Positions 28,162-37,334 of a stretch of 64,000 bases of DNA are shown one piece after another. The stretch is taken from assembly GCF_013149785.1 (NCBI RefSeq), contig NZ_JABEZU010000004.1, forward strand, positions 124,001 to 188,000, given 5' to 3'. Numbering within the stretch: the stretch's first letter is position 1; each line of letters opens with the position of its first letter. Under the pieces are notes generated by a model. That model was given only the letters and a program-made list of their open reading frames with translations. It was not told the origin of the DNA and ran no database searches. The translations under genes were made by a program, and so were the position numbers. The DNA is from Isoptericola halotolerans. Its GTDB lineage: Bacteria; Actinomycetota; Actinomycetes; Actinomycetales; Cellulomonadaceae.

Positions 28162-29373
28162 CTAAGCAGGAACCTCGACCGACTCGCTGTAAATCAGGAA
28201 GTTGTCGATGTTGCGCTTGTTGATCATCACCTTGAGCGCGCGCGAAGCACCGTCCGGCTGCCTGCCCTGCTTGAAGCCTCCGAGCACGACGCCGAAGTTG
28301 GCCGCGTTGATCTCGAGCACCCTCATACGCTCGAACCTCACGGCCTCCTTGAAGCGGCGCGCGTACGAAAGTTCGTTGTAGCCCTTCTTCGCAACGTAGC
28401 CCTTGTCGCGCCGCCACTCGTTCCACGCGATGGTGGCCAGGTCGCCGTTGTCGCGGGAGTGCCAGGTCCGGTGCTCGTAGACGACGTACCAGAACCGGCC
28501 GTACTGCTCGATGCAGCGCTTGAGGTCCTCGGCGTCGTTGCCCGGCGACTCGTGCTTGACGATGTCGCTGGCCTTCAGGTCTCCGTAGAAGTCGAGCTTG
28601 CCCCGCTCGAGGAGGAGCAGGTCGTAGTCGAGCAGGCCCTTGCGCTTCTCCTTCTGGAACTGCACGAGGTCAGTGTGGCTGCCGGCCCGGGTGAACGCGT
28701 CCAGCCGGTACTCGAGGTAGAATCCCGGCCACTCGCCCTGGTTGCGGTCCTTCCACTGGGCCTCGTGCATCTGCTCCAGGGCCTCAATCCACTCCAGCCG
28801 GTCGCCGGTGAGGAACTCGCGGTTGAAGTTGGCGAAGACGTCGAGGTGCGGGTGCCGTTCCTCGGTCCGGGCGGCAAGGTAGCCGGCGAGAAGGTCCGCC
28901 CGGACGCTCGTGATGTGGTTGCCGGTCTTGTCCTCGCGGGAGAACTGGCCCAGCGTCTGCGCCTGGAAGAGGTCGTTCGTGTAGACCCAGGCCGAGGAGT
29001 TGTTGGCCTTGCGCTTGGCGTAGGTGTGCGGGTCGTAGTCGACGAAGATCGTGACGCCGTCGTAGTGGTAAATTCCGACGAAGTGCGGCGTCAGGCCCTC
29101 GGCAACCGCCTGCCGGTAGGCCACGGGCCAGGTCTGCGGGATCTGGATGCGCTTCTTAAACTCCGGGTGGGGGAAACCCATGTGGGTGATCTGCTTGTAG
29201 AGGATCACCACGTCGCCGAGGCGGGCCGCCGGCACGCCCGCGTACCTCCCGAAGGTCGCATCGGTAAGCGCCGCCAGCAGCAGTTCACGCTTCTGGATCG
29301 GCGACAGCTTCGTGTCGACGTCCTGGACCAGCGCGCCGCTCGGCGTGATCTGGTCGACGTTCAGAGTTCCCAC
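28162..29373 (-). CDS. Type II restriction endonuclease, AluI-like
   Basis: GTG start with AGGAAAG RBS; N-terminus (G.L.VDQI.P.G.LV.DVD..LS) resembles R.AluI from memory; C-terminal EW.GFYLE...DYD...DLKA is PD-(D/E)xK-like; co-oriented with the MTase. Confidence 0.72.
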   Translation of the reverse strand: MGTLNVDQITPSGALVQDVDTKLSPIQKRELLLAALTDATFGRYAGVPAARLGDVVILYKQITHMGFPHPEFKKRIQIPQTWPVAYRQAVAEGLTPHFVGIYHYDGVTIFVDYDPHTYAKRKANNSSAWVYTNDLFQAQTLGQFSREDKTGNHITSVRADLLAGYLAARTEERHPHLDVFANFNREFLTGDRLEWIEALEQMHEAQWKDRNQGEWPGFYLEYRLDAFTRAGSHTDLVQFQKEKRKGLLDYDLLLLERGKLDFYGDLKASDIVKHESPGNDAEDLKRCIEQYGRFWYVVYEHRTWHSRDNGDLATIAWNEWRRDKGYVAKKGYNELSYARRFKEAVRFERMRVLEINAANFGVVLGGFKQGRQPDGASRALKVMINKRNIDNFLIYSESVEVPA

Positions 29374-29467
29374 GCGGGCTTTCCTACCAGTCGGTGGCTC
29401 ATCCTGCCGTCGGACCGCGTCAGGTTGGTCCGCTCCAGATCGTAGCGGCTCCGCGTACTCTACCGTC

Positions 29468-31354
29468 ATGGTGACCACGAATGCCGCGTCGCACATCACG
29501 CTGACCGTCGGGCAACTCGTCAGCGCCACGCAGCCGCAGTCCGGTGGGGCGAGCGGCATGCGCATCGAGATCCCCAGGTTCCAGCGCTCGCTCGTCTGGA
29601 GCGACGAGCAGCGCAAGACCTTGATCGAGTCGATCCACAAGGGCTACCCGATCGGGTCGCTGCTCCTTTACAAGCGTCCGAACCCAAAGGGCGACGAGGA
29701 GGTCTACCAAGTCGTAGACGGATTGCAGCGCACAAGCACGCTGGTCGCCTACGCGAACACCCCTCTCTCCTACGCCCCGATCGATGTGTTCCCTTCCGAG
29801 GTCATCAAGCAGGTCTCGGCCACGCTGGGGACAGACGTATCCCACGTCCAGCGCGCCATCACGGACTGGATGAAGGCGACGGAGAAGTTGACGAGCGCGG
29901 CCGGCTTCGCCTCGAACAAGTTGGCCAAGCGTCTGCTCGAGGCTCTCGAGCGCGAAGAGGACCAGGATCTCCTGGCTCAGTTGGAGTCCATTCTGGACGA
30001 CGGACTCGATTTGCTGCGGAACGAAGTCGACATCACCGGTGTCCCGGTGGCGGTGGTGACCTACACGGGCGACGAGGCCGATCTGCCCGACATCTTCGAG
30101 CGGATCAACCAGCGCGGAACGAAACTGAACAAGTACGAAGTCTTCGCCGCGACCTGGATCTACAGCCCGACCAATGTTGCATCCGACGGAATCCGGGAGG
30201 CCATCAACTCGAAGTACAACTCGCTGCTCAGCCAGGGCTACTCAATCAATGGTCTGGAGAAGGACAGGTCCATCCAGGACTTCAACCTGTTCGAGTACCT
30301 CTTCGGCTTCGGCAAGGTGCTCGTGGGCTCCCACCCGTCGCTGTTCAGCGAGCCCGCCCAACCGGACCCCACGTCCACCGAGCCTGCGGCGTTCTCGCTC
30401 AGCTGTGTCGTCCTGGGAGAACAGCTCAGCGAGATGAAGCGGCTCCACCAGTTGATGCCGAAGGACTCGGATAGCCTCATCAACCCCAGCAAGATGGAGG
30501 AGGCACTCCTCAAGGCGGCCGAGGCGGTCCAGCAGTGGCTGGAACCCTTCATCGGACTGAAGCTAAACAGCCAGACCGCGAAGGTCGACCTCGCGCACGG
30601 CGAACTCCAGATCGTGTCGATGATCGCGAGGGCAGCCGTGGGTCGATGGGACACCCGCGGCGACTGGTCGGAGCTGCCTGACTGGAAGAAGGACTGGGAC
30701 AACCTCAGGCTCTCGATGCGCCAGCACTACCTGATGGAGCTCATCGAGGAGACCTGGCGCGGTCCGATCTACAGCACGGCCTACAACCGCGTGTGGAAGG
30801 TGGCCGAGGGGACGTCGGACATCGAAGGACCGGCGCAGCACTACGCGCAGCCGATTGCGCATGCCACCTGGGAGAACGCGCTCAACGCGTGGTTCGACAA
30901 GCAGTTGGCGCGGGAGCAGCTGACCCGGCCCTACGTCCGCGCCCTGGATCGGGTCTTCCTCCGGTACGTCTACACGGGCCTCGTGTCGCACCTCGACGAC
31001 AAGGACGTCACCTTCGAACTCGAGCACCTCTTCCCGGTATCACGCCTCAAGGATGAGATCCCGGTGGACTCGGCAGGCTGGCCCATCAGCTGTGTCGCCA
31101 ACCTCGCCCTATTCAGCAAGGCGCTCAATCGGGAGAAGACCAGCCAGACGATCTCGGAGTACCTGAAACTGAACAAGTTGTCTGACGCCGAGCAGAAGCG
31201 GCTCGACACCTACATGTTGTGCAAGGTCGATCATGTCGACATTCCAAGCGACGGCCTCTCGCACGCGGAATACGTCGCCTTCCTCCAAACTCGCTGGGAG
31301 GCGATGAAGAGCAAACTCTTCGCCAACCTCGGTGTCACCGTCCCCGCTCCATAA
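29468..31354 (+). CDS. DUF262 + DUF1524-like protein (GmrSD/SspE-type nuclease)
   Basis: IPRFQRSLVW, VDGLQR, IFERINQRGTKL (DUF262); LEHLFP...NLALFSKALN (HNH-like DUF1524). Confidence 0.85.
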   Translation: MVTTNAASHITLTVGQLVSATQPQSGGASGMRIEIPRFQRSLVWSDEQRKTLIESIHKGYPIGSLLLYKRPNPKGDEEVYQVVDGLQRTSTLVAYANTPLSYAPIDVFPSEVIKQVSATLGTDVSHVQRAITDWMKATEKLTSAAGFASNKLAKRLLEALEREEDQDLLAQLESILDDGLDLLRNEVDITGVPVAVVTYTGDEADLPDIFERINQRGTKLNKYEVFAATWIYSPTNVASDGIREAINSKYNSLLSQGYSINGLEKDRSIQDFNLFEYLFGFGKVLVGSHPSLFSEPAQPDPTSTEPAAFSLSCVVLGEQLSEMKRLHQLMPKDSDSLINPSKMEEALLKAAEAVQQWLEPFIGLKLNSQTAKVDLAHGELQIVSMIARAAVGRWDTRGDWSELPDWKKDWDNLRLSMRQHYLMELIEETWRGPIYSTAYNRVWKVAEGTSDIEGPAQHYAQPIAHATWENALNAWFDKQLAREQLTRPYVRALDRVFLRYVYTGLVSHLDDKDVTFELEHLFPVSRLKDEIPVDSAGWPISCVANLALFSKALNREKTSQTISEYLKLNKLSDAEQKRLDTYMLCKVDHVDIPSDGLSHAEYVAFLQTRWEAMKSKLFANLGVTVPAP

Positions 31355-31364
31355 CAACCGCCTG

Positions 31365-31589
31365 CGTTTCGCACAGGGAGGCCGAGCGAAGGCGCAGGAG
31401 CTCCTGGGCCGGCTCACCGACCGGGAGCGGGAGATCGCCCGCCTCGTGGCCGAGGGCCTGACCAACGTGGAGATCGCCGGCCGGATGTTCCTCGGAGAGG
31501 CGACGGTGAAGACCCATCTGGCCAAGGCCTGCCAGAAGCTCGGCGTGAACCGGGTCCGCCTGGCACTGGTGGTCGACCGCGCGGGCTGA
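31365..31589 (+). pseudogene. 3' remnant of a NarL/LuxR response regulator
   Basis: LTDREREIARLVAEGLTN.EIA.RMFLGEATVKTHL HTH only; no receiver domain or convincing start; abuts the DUF262 gene stop. Confidence 0.7.
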
Positions 31590-31647
31590 CTCCGCGAGCA
31601 TCCCGGCAGTGCCCGCACCTGTCGCACCCCACCGCTACCGTCGCCCC

Positions 31648-31950
31648 ATGACCTACGCCAACGTCGGCACCCTGGGTGCCGCCCCCGGGAAGCGCGACGA
31701 GCTGGCCGCCCACCTCACCGCTCGCAGCCAGGAGCTGGCCGACGCCGGCTGCCTGCTCTACGAGGTCGGCGTCCACGACGACCACCCCGACACCGTCTAC
31801 GTCGCCGAGCTGTGGACGTCGGCCGAGGCCCACCAGGCGTCACTCCGGCTCGCGAGCGTCCAGGCGTCCATCGCCGCAGCGAGGCCGCTGCTCTCCGGGG
31901 AGATGGGCGGGTTCGACTTCACCGTGGTCGGCTCCCCGCTGCGCGACTGA
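31648..31950 (+). CDS. Antibiotic-biosynthesis-monooxygenase-family protein
   Basis: PGKRDEL, GCLLYEV, ELW.S.EAHQASL. Confidence 0.85.
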   Translation: MTYANVGTLGAAPGKRDELAAHLTARSQELADAGCLLYEVGVHDDHPDTVYVAELWTSAEAHQASLRLASVQASIAAARPLLSGEMGGFDFTVVGSPLRD

Positions 31951-32161
31951 GCCGCCCTGGGTGGGCACGAAAGTCACCCGCTCCCCCGCGCGCGTCGGAC
32001 GGAGACCCGGCGCAGACTCGTGGGCGGAGTGGCGCGCCACAGCGGGCGCACCACACGCTGCGGCCCTCGGACCGCGTCGCGCACCCGCGGCAGATCCGCG
32101 TCGAGCGCACCCGCGACCGTCTCGGCCGCGCCGACCCCCTGCGCATCCCAGGAGCCTTCCC

Positions 32162-33262
32162 ATGCGTCGCATCCTGTCCTCCTGCACGGCCGTCGTGGCC
32201 GCGCTGGTCCTCGCTGCCGCCCCCGCGGCAGCCCACGGGTCCAAGGACTCTCGCCCTCCGTCGTCGTCGACCATCACCTCCGGGCTGGTCACCCCGCTGA
32301 GCCTCGCCGTGGGCCCCCGGGGCACCACGTTCGTCAGCCAGAACTTTGCCGGCCTGCTCACCGCGGTGGACCGCCGCGGCGAGACCTCGATCCTTCACGC
32401 CTCCGACGGCGCGGAGGTGGGCGGCGTCAGCTACAGCGGCGGCGTCGTCACCTTCGTCGAGTCCGGCGCCGACCACACGGTCCACCAGCTGCGCGTCGAC
32501 AAGCGCGGGAACGCCCGTGGCGAGCCGAAGGTCATCGCCGACGTCGGCGCCTACGAGACGGCCAAGAACCCGGACGGCAAGGTCACGTACGGGTTCCGCA
32601 CCGTGCCGGCGTCGTGCCTCGCCGAGCTGCCGCCCGAGTTCCCCGGGAGGTACACCGGCATCGTGGAGTCCCACCCGTACGCCACGACGTCGCACTGGGG
32701 CACCACCTTCGTGGCCGACGCCGCCGCCAACACGATCCTGTCGGTCGACCACAAGGGCAAGATCCGCACGGTCGCGGTGCTGCCGGCGCAGCCGGTGAAG
32801 ATCACCGCCGCGGCGGCCGAGGCACAGGGCCTGCCGAGCTGCGTCGTCGGGCACAAGTACTGGTTCGAGCCGGTGCCCACCGACGTCGAGGTCGGCCCGC
32901 ACGGACTGCTGTACGTCTCGCTGCTGCCGGGCGGGCCCGAGGACGAGTCTCTCGGGGCGCGCGGCTCCGTCGTCGTCGTCTCCCCGTGGACCGGCCGCGT
33001 GCGCACGGTGGCCGACGGCCTGCTCTCCCCCACCGGGATCGCCGTCGACCGCACGGGCACCGTCTACGTCGCCCAGCTGTTCGGCGGCGAGATCGCCAAG
33101 GTCCATCGGAAGGGCACCACCCCGATCGTGTCCGTCCCCCTGCCGGGCGACGTCGCGCTCGACGGTCGCAGCCTGCTCGCCACCGTCAACGTCCTCCCGG
33201 CGGACGAGACGAGCCCGCCCGCCGGCCAGCTCGTCCGGTACACGCTGCCCGGGCGACGCTGA
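32162..33262 (+). CDS. Secreted ScyD/ScyE-family beta-propeller protein
   Basis: Signal peptide; ESHPY, VADAAAN, VPTDVEVGP.G.LYVS. Confidence 0.8.
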   Translation: MRRILSSCTAVVAALVLAAAPAAAHGSKDSRPPSSSTITSGLVTPLSLAVGPRGTTFVSQNFAGLLTAVDRRGETSILHASDGAEVGGVSYSGGVVTFVESGADHTVHQLRVDKRGNARGEPKVIADVGAYETAKNPDGKVTYGFRTVPASCLAELPPEFPGRYTGIVESHPYATTSHWGTTFVADAAANTILSVDHKGKIRTVAVLPAQPVKITAAAAEAQGLPSCVVGHKYWFEPVPTDVEVGPHGLLYVSLLPGGPEDESLGARGSVVVVSPWTGRVRTVADGLLSPTGIAVDRTGTVYVAQLFGGEIAKVHRKGTTPIVSVPLPGDVALDGRSLLATVNVLPADETSPPAGQLVRYTLPGRR

Positions 33263-33364
33263 CGCCCTCCCGGTCCACGGCACCGACCACGAGCGCCGTG
33301 GACCCGGAGGCACTGTTCACGTGCGGTTGACGCCGCCGTCACGGTCCGGCGTTAGCGTGACGTC

Positions 33365-34615
33365 ATGACGATGCGACGACGCACCCTGTCCGCCGCGACG
33401 GCGCTGACCGTGGCCCTGGCGGTCGCGTTCGCCCCGGCCGCCGTCGCGAACGGAAGCGCCCACAAGCCCGGCAAGGGGAACGGCAAGCACGAGACCCTGC
33501 GCGTCGCGACGTACAACCTGTCGCTGAACCGCGCGACGGAGGGCGAGCTGCAGGCAGACCTGTCCACCGGCGACGACGCCCAGGCGGCCACCGTCGCCGA
33601 GGTCATCCAGCGCACGGACCCGGACGTGGTGCTGCTCAACGAGTTCGACTTCGACGCCGCGGGCACCGCAGTCGACCTCTTCCGCGAGAACTACCTGGAG
33701 GTCGGCCAGGGCGGCGCCGAGCCGGTCACCTACCCGTACGCCTTCTCCGCGCCGTCGAACACCGGGATCCCCAGCGGCTTCGACCTCAACAACGACGGCG
33801 TGGTCGGCGGTGGCGACGACGCCTTCGGCTTCGGCGACTTCCCGGGCCAGTACGGGATGGTCGTGCTGTCCAAGCACCCGATCGTCACCGACGGCGTCCG
33901 CACCTTCCAGCACTTCCTGTGGAAGGACATGCCGGGCGCCATGCTCCCCGGCGACCCGGCCACCCCCGAGCCCGCCGACTGGTTCAGCCCGGAGGAGCTC
34001 GAGGTGGTCCGCCTGTCGAGCAAGTCGCACTGGGACGTGCCGATCCGGGTCGGGCGCCACACCGTGCACGTGCTCGCCTCGCACCCCACGCCGCCCACCT
34101 TCGACGGCCCCGAGGACCGCAACGGGCGCCGCAACCACGACGAGATCCGCTTCTGGGCGGACTACGTCACCCCCGGCAAGGCCTCCCGGTACATCTACGA
34201 CGACGACGGCGGACGTGGCGGCCTGCACCCGGGCGCGCGCTTCGTGATCCTCGGCGACCAGAACGCCGACCCTCACGACGGCGACTCCGTCCCCGGTGCG
34301 ATCGACCAGCTGCTGCGGCACCCGCGGATCGTCGACCCGTTGCCGGCGTCGGCCGGTGGCGTCGAGGCGGCGGCCCTCCAGGGCGGCGCCAACGACGACC
34401 ACACCGGCGACCCCGCGTACGACACCGCCGACTTCGCGGACAGCGCGCCCGGCAACCTGCGCGTCGACTACGTGCTGCCGTCGAGGCACGGCCTGCGGGT
34501 GCACGACGCAGGGGTGTTCTGGCCCACGCAGGACGACCCGCTGTCGCGCCTGACCGGCACGTTCCCGTTCCCGAGCAGCGACCACCGGCTGGTCTGGGTC
34601 GACCTGTCGCTCTGA
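33365..34615 (+). CDS. Secreted endonuclease/exonuclease/phosphatase-family protein
   Basis: RR-containing signal peptide; RVATYN, DVVLLNE, LGDQNAD, RVDYV, SDH. Confidence 0.9.
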   Translation: MTMRRRTLSAATALTVALAVAFAPAAVANGSAHKPGKGNGKHETLRVATYNLSLNRATEGELQADLSTGDDAQAATVAEVIQRTDPDVVLLNEFDFDAAGTAVDLFRENYLEVGQGGAEPVTYPYAFSAPSNTGIPSGFDLNNDGVVGGGDDAFGFGDFPGQYGMVVLSKHPIVTDGVRTFQHFLWKDMPGAMLPGDPATPEPADWFSPEELEVVRLSSKSHWDVPIRVGRHTVHVLASHPTPPTFDGPEDRNGRRNHDEIRFWADYVTPGKASRYIYDDDGGRGGLHPGARFVILGDQNADPHDGDSVPGAIDQLLRHPRIVDPLPASAGGVEAAALQGGANDDHTGDPAYDTADFADSAPGNLRVDYVLPSRHGLRVHDAGVFWPTQDDPLSRLTGTFPFPSSDHRLVWVDLSL

Positions 34616-34623
34616 CGGGCTTC

Positions 34624-35130
34624 TTAGCCGGTCGGGTCGATCCAGTACCGCCGCTTCGGCGCCTCGCCCTCGACGGGCCGGACGTCTTCCAGCATGCCGC
34701 CGCACGCCTCGATGACGGCGGCGGACCCGATGTTGTCGTCGTCGCAGGTCACCAGGACGCGGTCCACACCGGCGGCGGCGAGCCGGACGACCGACTGTCG
34801 GAGGATCTCGGTCGCGTGGCCGCGGCGGCGGTGCGCGGGCGCCACCCCGTAGCCGACGTGCCCGCCGATGGTCCGCAGGAAGTCGTTGAGCTCGTACCGG
34901 ATCGACACCCGTCCCACCGGCTCGCCGTCGGCCTCGGCGACGAGGAACTCTGCCCGCACCCGACCCGGTGGCAGGTCGGTGCCCTCCGCCTCCCGGCGGG
35001 CCTGCTCGAGGATCTCGTCCCAGGTGCCGTCGGCCAGCAGGAACGTGAAGCCGTCGGCCGCGAGCTCGGTGTGCAGGCGGCGCAGCACGGTCTCGTCGTC
35101 GGTGCGTGGTGGGCGGAGCGTCAGCGGCAT
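34624..35130 (-). CDS. GNAT acetyltransferase
   Basis: GGHVGYGV, RRRGHAT, TCDDDNIGS..VIE. Confidence 0.88.
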   Translation of the reverse strand: MPLTLRPPRTDDETVLRRLHTELAADGFTFLLADGTWDEILEQARREAEGTDLPPGRVRAEFLVAEADGEPVGRVSIRYELNDFLRTIGGHVGYGVAPAHRRRGHATEILRQSVVRLAAAGVDRVLVTCDDDNIGSAAVIEACGGMLEDVRPVEGEAPKRRYWIDPTG

Positions 35131-35191
35131 CCCCGGATCATGCCGTCCGGCGGGCCGACGGCGCACGTTCTTTCCGTGCGGTGGCCTGCGT

Positions 35192-35581
35192 TCACGCCCC
35201 GGCGGCCTCGGTCGCGTCGTCGAACTCCCGGCGCGCGCGGTCGATGCGCGCCTGGTGGGTGGTGACCCAGGCGAGGACGACGTCGACCGGTTCGCGCAGG
35301 GTCTTGCCGAGGTCGCTGATCCGGTACTCGACGGCGACCGGTCGGTCCGCGACGACGCGTCGCTCCACGATCCCGTTCCGTTCCAGCCGTCGCAGCGTGG
35401 CGGTGAGCGACTTCTGCGTGATCCCCGGGATCTCCCGGCGCAGCACGTTGAACCGGCACGGCCGTTCGCACAGCTGGTCGAGGATGCTGACGGACCACTT
35501 GTCGAGCACCTGGTCGAGCACGTCACGGTGCGAGGGGTCGATGCGCAGCGCGCCGGGTGGGGTGGCGGTGGTGTCGTCCAC
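35192..35581 (-). CDS. HxlR-family winged-helix regulator
   Basis: DKWS..IL, RFN.L, ITQKSLT.TLR.LER.G, VEY. Confidence 0.9.
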   Translation of the reverse strand: MDDTTATPPGALRIDPSHRDVLDQVLDKWSVSILDQLCERPCRFNVLRREIPGITQKSLTATLRRLERNGIVERRVVADRPVAVEYRISDLGKTLREPVDVVLAWVTTHQARIDRARREFDDATEAAGA

Positions 35582-35661
35582 GAAACCTGGTCTCCTTGAA
35601 GTTTCTGCCGTGTACCAGGTATCCAGGGTATACCTTGCTTCCTCACCTCCAGGAGATCGCG

Positions 35662-36072
35662 ATGACCGTTCACCTCATGACCCCCGACGGCATGCTGCAG
35701 CCCACGCCGTACCACCACGTCGCCGTCGGGACAGGCACCCGGCACGTCCACGTCGCCGGGCAGGTCGCCCTCGGGGCCGACGGCGCCCCGCTCGCCCCAG
35801 GCGACCTCGCCGGCCAGGTCGCGCACGCGCTGCGCGCCACGGCGCGCGGGCTCACCGGTGCGGTGGCGACGTTCGACGACGTGCTGCGGCTGACCTTCTA
35901 CGTCACCGCGTGGGCGCCGGAGAAGATGGAGGCCTTCATGGCCGGCGTCGAGTCCGTCGCCGAGGAGATCGGTCTGCGCCTACCCATGCCACCGGCCTCG
36001 CTCCTCGGCGTGGAAGCCCTCTTCGCACCGGACGTCCTCGTCGAGGTGGAGGCCACCGCGATCCTCGACTGA
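35662..36072 (+). CDS. RidA/YjgF-family protein
   Basis: VAGQV, GV.AL..PD.LVEVEATA; AGGAG RBS. Confidence 0.88.
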   Translation: MTVHLMTPDGMLQPTPYHHVAVGTGTRHVHVAGQVALGADGAPLAPGDLAGQVAHALRATARGLTGAVATFDDVLRLTFYVTAWAPEKMEAFMAGVESVAEEIGLRLPMPPASLLGVEALFAPDVLVEVEATAILD

Positions 36073-36151
36073 GCACGCCCCCGTCCCTCGCCGCGCACCC
36101 GGCCGGACGGCCCTCTTCGCCCACCTGACCTGCCGACCATGCCGTCCCGAC

Positions 36152-36213
36152 CGCCGAGCATGCGGTGACGGCCCGTCCACCCATGCGGACGGGCCGCCAT
36201 GGCATGTTCGGCG
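36152..36213. repeat. Long hairpin (27-bp arms) between convergent genes
   Basis: CGCCGAGCATGCGGTGACGGCCCGTCC-N8-GGACGGGCCGCCATGGCATGTTCGGCG. Confidence 0.75.
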
Positions 36214-36254
36214 CCGGAGTCGGCGGCCGGAGTCGGCGCCCGGAGGCGGAGGGG

Positions 36255-37334
36255 TCAGACGGCGCCGCCGTAGTGGGCCGCCAGCCGACGCATCCCCTCG
36301 TCGATGCTCACCCGCGGACGCCAGCGCAGCTCCGCCCATGTCGACCGCTGGTCGAACCAGTGGGCCGTGGAGAGCTGCTCGGCGAGGAACCTCGTCATCG
36401 GGGGCTCGTCGGCCCCGGGCCGCACCCCCCAGACCGCCTCGACCAGCCCGCCCGCACCCCGGGCCAGCTTCGCCGGGACGCGCCACCGCGGCGGCGCCAC
36501 ACCCCCGGCGCGGCAGATGCCGGTCAGCAGGTCCGCCACGGTGCGCGGCTCACCGTTGGTGAGCACGTACGCCCGCCCCCGCACGACCTCGGGGCTGTCC
36601 TGCAGCCGGTCGAGGGCGGCGACGATCCCCTCGGCCGCGTTGTCCACGTACGTGGTGTCGATGAGCGCCGCCCCGTGCCCCAGCAGCGGCAGGCGCCCCG
36701 ACCGCGCCCGGTCGATGATCCGCTCGACGAGCTGGGTGTCCCCCGGCCCCCACACGGCATGCGGCCGCACCGCCACGACACGGAGGTCCCCAGGTTGCGA
36801 GCGTCTCTGTTCGTCAGGATTCAGCCCCGGGTTCCTGACGGACAGAGACGCTCGCGCCGAACCGTCGTCTCGTCGCGCAGCAGCGCCGTCCCGGGACAGC
36901 GCCAGCAGCTCGGAGGCCGCCTTGGTCCGCGCGTACTCGCCGCGTGCCCGCACCGGGTCGGCCGGCTCGGCACCCACGCCGACCAGCGACGACCCGGCGT
37001 GCGCCACCGACGGCGACGACACCTGCACGAACCGTCGCACTCCCGCCCGTTCGGCGGCGTCCAGCAGCACCTGGGTCCCGCCGACGTTCACCTGCTCGAA
37101 CTCCGCCGGGTCACCGGCGAGCGACACCTTCGCCGCGAGGTGCACGACGGCGTCGACCCCGTCGAGCGCGCGCGCGACCACGGCGGGGTCGGTCACCGAC
37201 CCCGCGACGCCCTCGGCACCGGCGACACCGGACGGACGGCGCTGCAGGGTGCGCACACCGTCCCCACGCTCCACGAGCACGCGGGCGACCGCACCGCCGA
37301 GCAGCCCGGACGCGCCCGTGACGAGCACGGTCAC
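36255..37334 (-). CDS. oleD: 2-alkyl-3-oxoalkanoate reductase (extended SDR)
   Basis: TGASGLLG, HLAAKV, SSPSV, YARTK, RPHAVWGPGD; GTGA overlap with oleBC. Confidence 0.85.
   Translation of the reverse strand: MTVLVTGASGLLGGAVARVLVERGDGVRTLQRRPSGVAGAEGVAGSVTDPAVVARALDGVDAVVHLAAKVSLAGDPAEFEQVNVGGTQVLLDAAERAGVRRFVQVSSPSVAHAGSSLVGVGAEPADPVRARGEYARTKAASELLALSRDGAAARRDDGSARASLSVRNPGLNPDEQRRSQPGDLRVVAVRPHAVWGPGDTQLVERIIDRARSGRLPLLGHGAALIDTTYVDNAAEGIVAALDRLQDSPEVVRGRAYVLTNGEPRTVADLLTGICRAGGVAPPRWRVPAKLARGAGGLVEAVWGVRPGADEPPMTRFLAEQLSTAHWFDQRSTWAELRWRPRVSIDEGMRRLAAHYGGAV
36797..36855. repeat. Palindromic element inserted in-frame in oleD
   Basis: GCGAGCGTCTCTGTTCGTCAGGA-N13-TCCTGACGGACAGAGACGCTCGC; 22/23 match. 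Confidence 0.85.

Larger units (their letters stand above)
25527..31589. mobile_element. Probable horizontally acquired defence island (no integrase seen)
   Basis: Visibly more A/T and different codon use than the flanks; defence gene cluster; truncated gene at the right edge. Confidence 0.65.

Noticed and set aside
35582..35634. Short dyads (GAAAC..GTTTC, GGTAT..ATACC) between hxlR and ridA
   Set aside because: Plausible operator, but 5-bp arms are too weak to call without conservation data.
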